A DNA stretch of 61,767 nucleotides, filler included. It is 5 parts of 5 records of this genome, joined end to end, with 100 filler letters (N's around TTAATTAATTAA, not from the genome) between each part and the next. Parts side by side here need not be neighbours in the genome. Positions count along the whole stretch, not along the records: positions 34,563 to 41,897 come from SRR31156797_913; positions 41,998 to 50,678 come from SRR31156797_914; 3 more parts are not named here. One strand, 5' to 3'. The position numbers were made by a program, and so were the translations under genes. Numbering within the stretch: the first letter of the stretch is position 1; every line of letters begins with the position of its first letter. Of this stretch, positions 34,563-43,431 are shown piece by piece. The notes below the pieces were generated by a model. That model was given only the letters and a program-made list of their open reading frames with translations, ran no database searches and had not been told where the DNA came from.

Positions 34563-35423
34563 AATGCCGGCGGTTTGGGCATCCTGGGAGCTGCGACCTG
34601 GAAGCCGGATGAGTTTCGGGAGCAGATACGCCGGGTTCGGGAGTTAACCAACCAACCTTTTGGGGCCAACATCGTAGTGTCCTCGCCTCTGGCGGAGCAG
34701 CAGGTTGATGTTGTCATTGAGGAGAAGCTGCCTGTGGCGACAACTTCGGCCGGAGGGGCGGCCAGGTATACAGCAAGGTTAAAAGAGCATGGGGTGTATG
34801 TGATGCATGTGGTCCCCACCGTCGGGTTCGCCATCCAGGCTAATGCAGCCAAAGTGGACGCCATTATCGCCGAAGGTTCGGAATCCGGGGGTTTTACCAG
34901 CCTGGAGGAAATTTCCACACTGGCCCTCGTCCCCCAGGTTGTTGACGCCGTGGGCTGCCCGGTTCTGGCCGCCGGCGGCATAGGCGACGGCCGGGGACTT
35001 GCGGCGGCCCTGGCCCTGGGGGCGGTTGGCGTTCAGGTAGGCACTCGATTTTTGGCAACCGCCGAAGCAGAAATACCAGACGACTTTAAGCAGGCCTTAA
35101 TAATGGCCGTGGACACGGACACAACTTTGCACCGCTCGAAAAAGGCGGCTTTACGTTTGATGAAAGACGACCTGAGGCGCCGCGTTTCAGAGGCCATGAA
35201 GGAGGCTTCTCCCGAGAATTCAGAGGAATTGGGAGACTGGGACGCACACCTTAAGAGCGAACCTAATAACATGCCCTGGGCCGCCGGCCAAATAGCAGGC
35301 CTCGTCACCGAAGTTGCTTCGGTGAGGGAAGTGATCGATGGCATGGTCCGCGACGCTGGAAAAATATTTGAAACCAATAGACATGCTTTTGCCTGCGAAA
35401 CCGGGAACTCTTGGAAGGTTTGA
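34563..35423 (+). CDS. Nitronate monooxygenase / FabK-like FMN oxidoreductase (5' truncated)
   Basis: NAGGLGIL, PFGAN, AEGSESGG, AAGGIGDGRG, GTRF, GQIAG. Confidence 0.88.
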   Translation, partial: NAGGLGILGAATWKPDEFREQIRRVRELTNQPFGANIVVSSPLAEQQVDVVIEEKLPVATTSAGGAARYTARLKEHGVYVMHVVPTVGFAIQANAAKVDAIIAEGSESGGFTSLEEISTLALVPQVVDAVGCPVLAAGGIGDGRGLAAALALGAVGVQVGTRFLATAEAEIPDDFKQALIMAVDTDTTLHRSKKAALRLMKDDLRRRVSEAMKEASPENSEELGDWDAHLKSEPNNMPWAAGQIAGLVTEVASVREVIDGMVRDAGKIFETNRHAFACETGNSWKV

Positions 35424-35495
35424 TAAGAAATCCGGGCAAGATGATTAACACGAGATCACTTTCTGATGCTGCGAGACCGAAAGGAGATTTTGAAA

Positions 35496-35888
35496 ATGAA
35501 CGATAGAACGCCTATTAGAAACGGCTTGTTTAAAGAAGGGCCAAATGGCGGAACGTTGTTGGGGAGCAAATGCAAAACCTGCGGGCAGGTGTTTTTTCCT
35601 CACGCCAACCTTTGCCTGGAATGTGGGCATGAAGAACTGGCCGAGGTGGAACTGGGCCGGCGAGGAACATTGTATTCATACACTATCGGACATATGCCCA
35701 GCTTTCACTTTATGCCGCCCTATGCCTTGGGCCTGATCGACCTGCCGGAAGGCGTCCGGGTGTTCGCCCCATTGGTGATGCCGGAGGACGCCTCGTTTGA
35801 AGTAGGCATGGAAATGGACCTGATTATTGAAAAGCTATGGGATGCAGATGACAAAGAGGTTATTGGCTATAAATTTAAACCGGTATGA
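35496..35888 (+). CDS. DUF35 Zn-ribbon/OB-fold acyl-CoA-binding protein, BbsA-like
   Basis: CKTCG..FP...CLECG Zn ribbon, GTLYSYT, PYALG.IDLPEG, YKFKP; RBS AAGGAG. Confidence 0.88.
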   Translation: MNDRTPIRNGLFKEGPNGGTLLGSKCKTCGQVFFPHANLCLECGHEELAEVELGRRGTLYSYTIGHMPSFHFMPPYALGLIDLPEGVRVFAPLVMPEDASFEVGMEMDLIIEKLWDADDKEVIGYKFKPV

Positions 35889-35968
35889 AAAGTGAGAGTA
35901 AAGTAGCCGGAAATCCCCTGGATGAGTCAAACAATGGCTCGCCGTTTATATATAAAAGGAGTGGTATT

Positions 35969-37111
35969 ATGAGAGAAGTTGCAGTGTTGGGCGTCGGGCA
36001 GAGCGTATTCGGCAAGTTTCCGGAAAGAAGCGCCGAGTCATTGGGCGTTGAAGCCGCTTCCGCGGCAATCAAGGACGCGGGCGTCAATCCCCGGGAAATC
36101 CAGGTCGCTTACACATCCCGAATGATCGGCGCCATGACTGACAGCCAGAAGATATTGAAAGAGGTCGGGGTTACCGGCATTGAAATGTTCAACGTGGAAA
36201 ATGCTTGTTCCGGCGGTTCTACGGCGGTTAGGGGCGTATGGAAAGATATCGCTTACGGATTATATGATGTGGGCGTCGCCATCGGCGTGGAGGCCATCAC
36301 AGGCAGCCCGATGGCCGGCATGTTGTTGGCGCCCAAGGAAGATCTGGAAGCCGAACTGGGACTTAGCATGCCGGCGATGTTTGCCTTACTGGCCAGAAGG
36401 CAGATGGCCGAATGCGGCGCAACGTTGGAGGACTTTGCCCGCGTATCCGTGAAAAACCACCATCATGGATGCCTGAATCCCATGGCCCAGTATCAAAAAG
36501 AGTTCACCATTGAAGACGTGTTGAACTCCCGGATGATCTGCGACCCAATCACGTTGTTTCAGTGCTGTCCCAATACGGACGGCGCCGCGGCCGTGGTGCT
36601 CTGTTCCATGGATGTGGCGCGTAAACATACAACCAGTCCGGTAAAAATCGTCGGGTCGGCGTTGAAATCCGGCGAGTATAAATATAAGCAGAAGGATCTC
36701 TGGCTATCTCCATTTGGCGCGGAGACGGCCAACGAGGCATACGAAATGGCGGGCGTCGGACCGGAGGACATCGACCTGGTCGAATTGCATGACGCTTTCG
36801 CCTGCGAAGAAATCGTTCGTTATGAGGACCTGGGGCTCTGCAAGCGTGGTGAAGGCGTGGAACTACTGCGATCGGGCGCAACCGAGTTGGGCGGCCGGAT
36901 ACCGGTCAATCCCAGCGGCGGACTCCTGTCGCTCGGACATCCCTTGAGCGCTTCGGGCGTCCGTGTTGTCGCGGAAGTCGCCCTGCATCTTCGAGGCGAC
37001 GCAGGGAAACGACAGGTCGAGGGCGCCAAGGTCGGGTTAGCCCATATGTTGGGAGGCACTGTGACCGGATTGGAGGGCGGAGCCTGCGGCATTCATATAT
37101 TGAGCAGATAA
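35969..37111 (+). CDS. SCP2-type/BbsB-like thiolase
   Basis: NVENACSGG, QCCPNTDGAAA, ELHDAF, GGLLSLGHP, HMLGG..GAC; start MREVAV after AGGAG. Confidence 0.88.
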   Translation: MREVAVLGVGQSVFGKFPERSAESLGVEAASAAIKDAGVNPREIQVAYTSRMIGAMTDSQKILKEVGVTGIEMFNVENACSGGSTAVRGVWKDIAYGLYDVGVAIGVEAITGSPMAGMLLAPKEDLEAELGLSMPAMFALLARRQMAECGATLEDFARVSVKNHHHGCLNPMAQYQKEFTIEDVLNSRMICDPITLFQCCPNTDGAAAVVLCSMDVARKHTTSPVKIVGSALKSGEYKYKQKDLWLSPFGAETANEAYEMAGVGPEDIDLVELHDAFACEEIVRYEDLGLCKRGEGVELLRSGATELGGRIPVNPSGGLLSLGHPLSASGVRVVAEVALHLRGDAGKRQVEGAKVGLAHMLGGTVTGLEGGACGIHILSR

Positions 37112-37368
37112 AAATGATCGGATTCATCAGGAATCATTATCACTGTAAAAAGAGGCGTCCTGTATCAATATCTATAGAAGTCCGAAGCCATGACTGAAAA
37201 AATGGATATTGGCTATTAACTCAAAAGAACGATGGAGGCGGTTGGAGAGGTTGTAAACTATTAACATACAACATCTTATGTTCTCGGTTTGGCGGCTCAA
37301 ATGATTTTTCATAACCTGTGCTACGGAGCCAAAGTAGACAACAATGAAATGCCATGGGGGTCATAATT

Positions 37369-39027
37369 ATGATTATCGAATCAGAAGCCCGGATAAAGGA
37401 ATTTACGGAAAACGGTTGTTGGGGAACCAGGACGTTGCTCGACGATTTGCAGGAGCATGTCCAAAACATACCCGACCAGACCGCGATGATCGATCCGATG
37501 GACAAGATGGAACTTTTAGGATTGCCGCCGGAGCGCCCCACTTACGCCGAGTTGGGGCGGGCCGTGGATGGCGCGGCTTCGGCGCTCATGGCCGCCGGCA
37601 TCGGCAAGGATGATTTCGTAGTGGTCCAACTGCCCAATTGCTGGGAACTGGCCATGCTCTACCTGGCCGTCGCCAGGGCCGGGGCCGTAATCTCCCCTCT
37701 GCCAATGCAGTGGCGCTCCAAGGAGGCCGCGTACGTAGCAGGTTTAACCGAAGCCAAGGCTTTTATTACTACGGAGACGTTCCACGATTTTGAACATATG
37801 GCCATGGCGAAAGAGGTGGGACGGGCCGTGCCCACTCTAAAACATTTTTTCACTTTTTCCGACGTTCGCCGTATGATTGAACATACGCCAAATCCCACAC
37901 TTCATCAGACGCCCCTGGACGCCAACGAAATATTCACCGTGTGCTGGACCTCGGGCACGGAAGCCGAACCCAAAGGCTGCCCGCTGAGCCACAACAATTG
38001 GCGGCGCCAGTCAGGCATGGTCGTTGAAGCCATCGGCGCCCGGACCGGCGACGTAATCATGACGGCCGCGCCCGCTGTTAACATGACCTTTGTCGGAACC
38101 GCCCTGATCCCCTCCATACTCGTCGGCGGCAAACTGGTGCTTCACCACCCGTTCAACCCGGTTTATTTCCTCATGCAAATGGTTGAGGAAAAGGTCAACA
38201 CCCTGGGCTTGGTCCCGGCGGTGATGAACCTCCTTCTGCAGCACCCGGCTGTGGCCGATGTGGACCTGAGCAGTATTCGCTTCGTCGGCGTAGGATCGGC
38301 CCCTCCATCATTATGGGCCATGGAGGAATTCAAAAAGCGGTGGGGTATTGAAGTCGGAAACGTGTGGGGCCAAAACGAAGGCACCGGTCTTTTCGGCGGA
38401 GTTCAGGATATCCCTGACATGAACATCAGAAAGGATCACCTGCCTCGATACGGTCGAGGACATGAATGGTCTGTTTCGCCGGCGGAATTTATCAAGACCA
38501 AAGTCGTGGATGAACTTGGAAACGAACTGACGGAGCCGGGAGCGGTAGGAGAATTGTTATATCGCGGCCCGAACGTAATGCCCGCCTATTACAAAAGGCC
38601 GGACCTGACTGATAAGGCATTTGACGCGGACGGGTTTCTCCGCACCGGGGACCTCTTTCAGATCAGGGACGACAAACACATGAGATTTTTCGACCGGGCC
38701 AAGGATATTATTATTCGCGGCGGATTTAACATTTCCGCCCAGGAAGTGGAAAACCTGCTCCTGGCCCATCCCAAAGTGCAGGAAGCCGCGGCCGTGGCAA
38801 TGCCGGATCACACACTGGGCGAGCGCACCTGCGTTTATGTCGTGCCCGCGCCGGAAGAAACCATTACACTTGAAGAAGCATCGTCTTTTATGAAGGAACA
38901 AGGCATAGCAGTTTACAAGCTTCCCGAACGGCTCGAAATCGTTGACGCGCTTCCAAGAAATCCGGTAGGCAAAATACTGAAAGCGGAACTCAGAAAAGAC
39001 ATTCAAAAAAAGCTTTCTTCTTCATAA
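37369..39027 (+). CDS. AMP-forming acyl-CoA synthetase (aryl/cyclohexane-carboxylate-CoA ligase-like)
   Basis: WTSGTEAEPKG P-loop, WGQNEG, RTGD, IIRGGFNIS, PRNPVGK. Confidence 0.9.
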   Translation: MIIESEARIKEFTENGCWGTRTLLDDLQEHVQNIPDQTAMIDPMDKMELLGLPPERPTYAELGRAVDGAASALMAAGIGKDDFVVVQLPNCWELAMLYLAVARAGAVISPLPMQWRSKEAAYVAGLTEAKAFITTETFHDFEHMAMAKEVGRAVPTLKHFFTFSDVRRMIEHTPNPTLHQTPLDANEIFTVCWTSGTEAEPKGCPLSHNNWRRQSGMVVEAIGARTGDVIMTAAPAVNMTFVGTALIPSILVGGKLVLHHPFNPVYFLMQMVEEKVNTLGLVPAVMNLLLQHPAVADVDLSSIRFVGVGSAPPSLWAMEEFKKRWGIEVGNVWGQNEGTGLFGGVQDIPDMNIRKDHLPRYGRGHEWSVSPAEFIKTKVVDELGNELTEPGAVGELLYRGPNVMPAYYKRPDLTDKAFDADGFLRTGDLFQIRDDKHMRFFDRAKDIIIRGGFNISAQEVENLLLAHPKVQEAAAVAMPDHTLGERTCVYVVPAPEETITLEEASSFMKEQGIAVYKLPERLEIVDALPRNPVGKILKAELRKDIQKKLSSS

Positions 39028-39073
39028 CCAAACATCAACAGATCCAAACACTAAAAAGCGACCCCGGTTTTAC

Positions 39074-40852
39074 TCAACCGGTTTTGGACGGAATCACCGG
39101 GACCAGCAGGTGAGCGTCATATTCTCCCCCGGAATGCAGGACATGGCGTCCGAAATTGCCTTTTAGCGACTTGGAAAATGGAGGGGACGGAGTTAGATCA
39201 TGGGAAGCCGCTAACAGTTGCAGGGTTTCCCCGGCCGCAAAAAAAGTGCTGCTGGGGCATAATTCAATATCCACGGCAACGATTTCGCCCGGACTCAGCT
39301 TTTGTTCGCTAGTGTGCTTCAGAACCGGCAGCCATTCAGTCGATTCATCCGGATCCAGCTCGCGCCTGGATACTTTTTGCAGGCCTCGCGTAACCATGTC
39401 TTTTTTAGAACCGACCGACCCGAAAAACCGAACCGACGCGCCGGATTTGTCCAGTTTATTTACGGCTGCGAACAGAGACATGTCATCCGGGCATCTGCCG
39501 CCCTCTTTGTCCGGGCGCGCTTCCACCCAGAGCCTTAGTTTCATGCACCCGGACAGTTCCGTATCTTCGGAAAATTGATAATTAAAGACCACCGATTCCT
39601 TGGTTGCGGCGTATGTTTTTTCAGCCGGGAGCGCTGGTTTTTCATGTACCAGCAAGCCTGCTTTTGCGTCAAGGAATAATTTCTTATATTCCGTGCTTGT
39701 CAAAGGCCAGGCCGTTTCCCAACGAATATCATGAATCGTATGAAAATCGGAACGAACTTCCAGGCGCACGGGAGGTCTGTCCAAAAATCCGCTTGATGTA
39801 TCGCCTTTGACAAAACAGTCGAAAAAGTCCCGGGTAAGGTTCTGAACTTCCGGGCTGTAATAGGCGTCCCATTTACCTGTCCGATGGGTATACAGCCATT
39901 TGTGTTTTGACCTGGCTTTTGTAAAAGCCCTTATCGTTCCGGAACTGTGAAGGGCGTGATCGGAAAACGATCCGCAGACCAGCATGGGCAGATCGATTTC
40001 TTCCAAACCTGGAGTTTTAGCCAGCCAGTAGTCGTCGAGGAAGGGGTGCAGGTCCAGAAGCTCCATTGGCAACCCTTCCTCCTGTTTTATCAAATCTTCC
40101 ACTGGTCCGTTTATGGTCGGCTTCACTTCGGTAAGATACCAGAAAGGCGTGAATCCTTCTTCGGCAATGCCGCCCCGGCAGAGCAAATCGTAATACATGG
40201 ACGGCAACCCTTCCCAGGGCGAGATGCAGCACAACGAAGGCGGCGGACCGCCGTACGTGCGGCAGGCGGCCACGTGAAACTGGGTAATAGCCAGAAAACT
40301 CACCCCGTTGAGCCCAACTTTCCCGGTGCACCAGGGCTGTTTCGCGACCCATTCTATGGCTTCATAAAAGCACTTGGCCTGGTGCTCGCTAAAAATGGAA
40401 GGCGGTCCTTCGCTATTGGCGTAACCCGGCAGGTTCATGTTGACTACGGCATACCCTTGAGGGACCCAGAAGTTGGGGTCCGGGGATTCCCAACTGGTTA
40501 ACTTGGAAAAGACCGGCTTGCCGTACTGGGGAATGAGACGGTATTGCTGCGGCGGACCGCCCAATGGAGTCTTTTTTAATACAGGAATCAGGCGGTTGTC
40601 ATAGGGATGGGCGCACATTACCACCGGTATTTGCTCACCGGCCCCGGCAGCCTTTTTGGACCTGAAAACATTGGCCGTGACCGAAAATCCCTCGCTGATG
40701 GGTATTTTCACATCGTATTCACACAGAATGTCCGGATCGGGTTCGGTCAACACGCATTGCGGTTTGAATAACTGCCCGCTTTTTACGGCGTTAAAAAGGA
40801 TCGGGGCGATGGCTTTGGCCGCTTTATACAGGTTGGCTGCCTGGCCGGTCAT
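39074..40852 (-). CDS. CocE/NonD family serine hydrolase
   Basis: HPY oxyanion motif, ESPDP..WV..GYAVV, GVSF nucleophile elbow, SPWEG, SFSDH, C-terminal jelly-roll domain. Confidence 0.88.
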   Translation of the reverse strand: MTGQAANLYKAAKAIAPILFNAVKSGQLFKPQCVLTEPDPDILCEYDVKIPISEGFSVTANVFRSKKAAGAGEQIPVVMCAHPYDNRLIPVLKKTPLGGPPQQYRLIPQYGKPVFSKLTSWESPDPNFWVPQGYAVVNMNLPGYANSEGPPSIFSEHQAKCFYEAIEWVAKQPWCTGKVGLNGVSFLAITQFHVAACRTYGGPPPSLCCISPWEGLPSMYYDLLCRGGIAEEGFTPFWYLTEVKPTINGPVEDLIKQEEGLPMELLDLHPFLDDYWLAKTPGLEEIDLPMLVCGSFSDHALHSSGTIRAFTKARSKHKWLYTHRTGKWDAYYSPEVQNLTRDFFDCFVKGDTSSGFLDRPPVRLEVRSDFHTIHDIRWETAWPLTSTEYKKLFLDAKAGLLVHEKPALPAEKTYAATKESVVFNYQFSEDTELSGCMKLRLWVEARPDKEGGRCPDDMSLFAAVNKLDKSGASVRFFGSVGSKKDMVTRGLQKVSRRELDPDESTEWLPVLKHTSEQKLSPGEIVAVDIELCPSSTFFAAGETLQLLAASHDLTPSPPFSKSLKGNFGRHVLHSGGEYDAHLLVPVIPSKTG

Positions 40853-40951
40853 AATACGACTCCTTTAAAACCTAGGTAAAAAATGGCGAGGGAAAGGCTA
40901 CCCGCCCAATATCAACCTAACATACCTGATTATGAAAAAGATTGATGTGGG

Positions 40952-41548
40952 TTAAGATTTCTTCTGCGTCCGTTTAAGCAGCCGGCTGTATGCTTCCGGT
41001 GTTATGCCCATAAACTGTGCAATATACTTGGATGGGACCAGCCTGATGATTTCCGGATATGCTTCCCGGATAAACCGGTCCAATTCTTCGCTGGACAGCA
41101 GCGTCTTGGAAGAAACGATAGTCTTGTCTTCAACAATGATTTGCAGGACCTTTTCTCTTATGAATCGGCCGATAATTGACGGCTCATGATAATACTCCAG
41201 CCACAAGTCGAGGGGAATGGATATTGCCTTAAGCGGAGTGACGCTAATCATATTATCGCAGTCCGGCCGGGCGGTCATGGCGCTTATTACGTTAGTGCAG
41301 ATATCCCCTGGTTGAAAAAACCGTGAAATTACCGCCTTGCCGTCCACCACATATTCAGAAGCCGCGATTCCTTCGACAATATAAAGAACATCTTTGCAGA
41401 TATCTGTTTGCCGCAGGATTACCCGGTTCCTTTTTACGGATAAACCGGTCGCCTGGTTTGCAAACCGCCGCCATTCCGCTTCGGGCGCGGGGGAGACGGT
41501 TTTTTCAATATCCGCTTTCAAGGCGGCCAGGAGTTCGGGAATTTCCAT
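40952..41548 (-). CDS. Crp/Fnr-family (cNMP-binding + HTH) regulator
   Basis: ILRQTDIC..LYIVEG..FFQPGD cupin; PEII..VPSKYIAQFMGITPEAYSRL HTH; probable start MEIPE. Confidence 0.8.
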   Translation of the reverse strand: MEIPELLAALKADIEKTVSPAPEAEWRRFANQATGLSVKRNRVILRQTDICKDVLYIVEGIAASEYVVDGKAVISRFFQPGDICTNVISAMTARPDCDNMISVTPLKAISIPLDLWLEYYHEPSIIGRFIREKVLQIIVEDKTIVSSKTLLSSEELDRFIREAYPEIIRLVPSKYIAQFMGITPEAYSRLLKRTQKKS

Positions 41549-41774
41549 ATAAATCAAGTATACATTCCGTGGGGAGTGCTGTCCATAAATCAATAATCCA
41601 GGAAATATCAAATGCCGCTATCACTGGTGCGCCGGCTGAATCCGTCCTGAAAAACAGTCTTCAGCCCTATCGGTTATTTTATACAGCGCCACGTTACAAT
41701 CTACGTATAGCATAACATTACGTTTGACAATTTTTATTTAATTTATTCAACATTTTATATTATGTTAATTTTTA

Positions 41775-41803
41775 TTGACAACTCATCGTAATAATAATAT
41801 TCT
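41775..41803 (+). promoter_or_regulatory. sigma70-type promoter
   Basis: TTGACA-N17-TATTCT in an AT-rich tract. Confidence 0.6.
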
Positions 41804-41807
41804 CAAA

Positions 41808-41897
41808 TAATGAACCTACCTGCAGCAAGCTGCGGGATCGCTTCATTAAACCTTCGGTTGGCCGTATTTCGGCTACGCCGAAAATGACCCGAATGAA
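41808..41897 (+). mobile_element. IS200/IS605-end-like hairpin element (MITE-like), cut by contig end
   Basis: Hairpins CCTGCAGC-AA-GCTGCGGG and TTTCGGC-TAC-GCCGAAA; resembles repeats I recall from Desulfobacterales; contig breaks inside it. Confidence 0.45.
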
Positions 41898-41997
41898 NNN
41901 NNNNNNNNNNNNNNNNNNNNNNNNNNNNNNNNNNNNNNNNNTTAATTAATTAANNNNNNNNNNNNNNNNNNNNNNNNNNNNNNNNNNNNNNNNNNNN
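41898..41997. other. Artificial contig spacer
   Basis: N44-TTAATTAATTAA-N44. Confidence 0.99.
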
Positions 41998-43214
41998 TTA
42001 GGGACGATATCGGCGGGAACCTTGAACAGATCAATACCCTTCAGACTACCAATCTTGTGACCACCTACAGCAGGCTGTGCACCGGCGTCGGTGAACTGCT
42101 TGTGCATAGTCAGGTAATCAATGGCATCAGGACCGCCGACGATCTTGGAAACTCCACCTCTCTGAAGGGAGTTGATCATCTGATTGCTGACGCGGTTGAT
42201 GGCTCTCGTCACAGCCTGAGCTCTGTCGATCTCACTCTCTCCTACTGCACCCAGTTCGTTGAACTCAATAACGTCAGCCTTGTTGGAAGCGCGGTACCCG
42301 GTGCGGATGGCTTGAAAGTCGAGAGATTTCTTCAGCTCTTCAGCCATACCGGAAACCATAGCCTCTTCTTCGTCGATACCCAGAGTAGTCTGGAGCAGAA
42401 GACCGGCCATCTTAGAGATGGAGCCATACAGCTTATAGGGCTTTGCGCGGAACTGATAGTCCCGGAGCTTCAGCTCTACAGAACCAATGTTATCGTACTG
42501 ATCGGGATCTTCCGATACGTACTTGGTCTCAACGCTCAGCTTGGCGCCGGAGGCGGGGGCAGTACCCAGAGTAATTTCGATCTGACCATTCTCATAACCT
42601 ACCGTACCGCTGATTTCAGGACCTACAATGGCACCAGCACCGTTGTCGTTACCGATTACGATACCGTCCTTGATGATCTTTACCTCAAAAGGTCTGAAGG
42701 GCTTGTTGGCTACTGTTACAGTAAAGTCTGTGATGGTACCGTTGGGGGTCTCAGCGAAGTTATCCACTTCTGCTTCAGAAGCATACCGATCAGCAGAGCT
42801 TTCATAGGTTACGTCCCCGGCAACAGCACCTCTTTTGGTCTTACCATAGACGGGTTCAAGGTAGTACACACTGTCTCTTGCGGATTCCATCTGGAATTCA
42901 GTGAAAACATCTCCCCTAATTGAGTTAGGGTAAGCGAGTCTTACGACACGCATTACATTTTCTGGCGTGGTTTGGAAAGCCGTAGAAATCTGAGTTTCAG
43001 TCAGACGGTTCAGGTGAGCTTCCTGAAGGCTCAGGGCAAAAGCCAGGTTACGGGCCTTGGCCCGGTCCTTGTCATACATTTCCTTAATGCCCGTACCGAG
43101 CTCAGGCTCCTTTGACCATCTGGACTCCAGAAGTTCGTCAGCCTTCTTGTTGCGCTCAGACATTCTCTGAGCTACTTTTTCCTGAATCTCTTGTTCAGTC
43201 ATCTGTGAACGCAT
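41998..43214 (-). CDS. T4 gp23-like major capsid protein (3' truncated)
   Basis: VVRLAYPNSI..VFTEFQM....VYYLEPVY, FRAKPYKL, GIDEEEAMVSGMAEELKKSLD, IVGGP, KIGSL; start reassigned to MRSQM (GAGG RBS). Confidence 0.85.
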
Positions 43215-43349
43215 AGTTAATTGCCTCGTTTCAAAAAGTTGAAATGTGGTCAAAAAACCGTATGTTCCTTCGAAGATATATTCCCTTCAGATGCTCAACT
43301 TATATGGAAGATGATGCATGGATCTGTCGATTTTTTTAAACCTTACAAT

Positions 43350-43357
43350 TTAATAGT
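43350..43357 (-). promoter_or_regulatory. Putative phage late promoter ACTATTAA (capsid gene)
   Basis: One of four identical 8-mers in intergenic gaps; lies just after the protease terminator. Confidence 0.7.
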
Positions 43358-43385
43358 GCTGGGATTTTTGAAGGTTCAAAAATTT

Positions 43386-43411
43386 AAAAATGCACCCCCG
43401 AGGGAGTGCAT
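43386..43411 (-). terminator. Rho-independent terminator after protease/scaffold gene
   Basis: Minus strand ATGCACTCC-CTCG-GGGGTGCAT-TTTT. Confidence 0.8.
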
Positions 43412-43431
43412 CTTTTATAGTGCGAGTTGGA

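Noticed and set aside
42057-42923. 288-aa plus-strand ORF opposite the capsid gene
   Set aside because: Antisense shadow with no motif or RBS; all phage genes here are on the minus strand.
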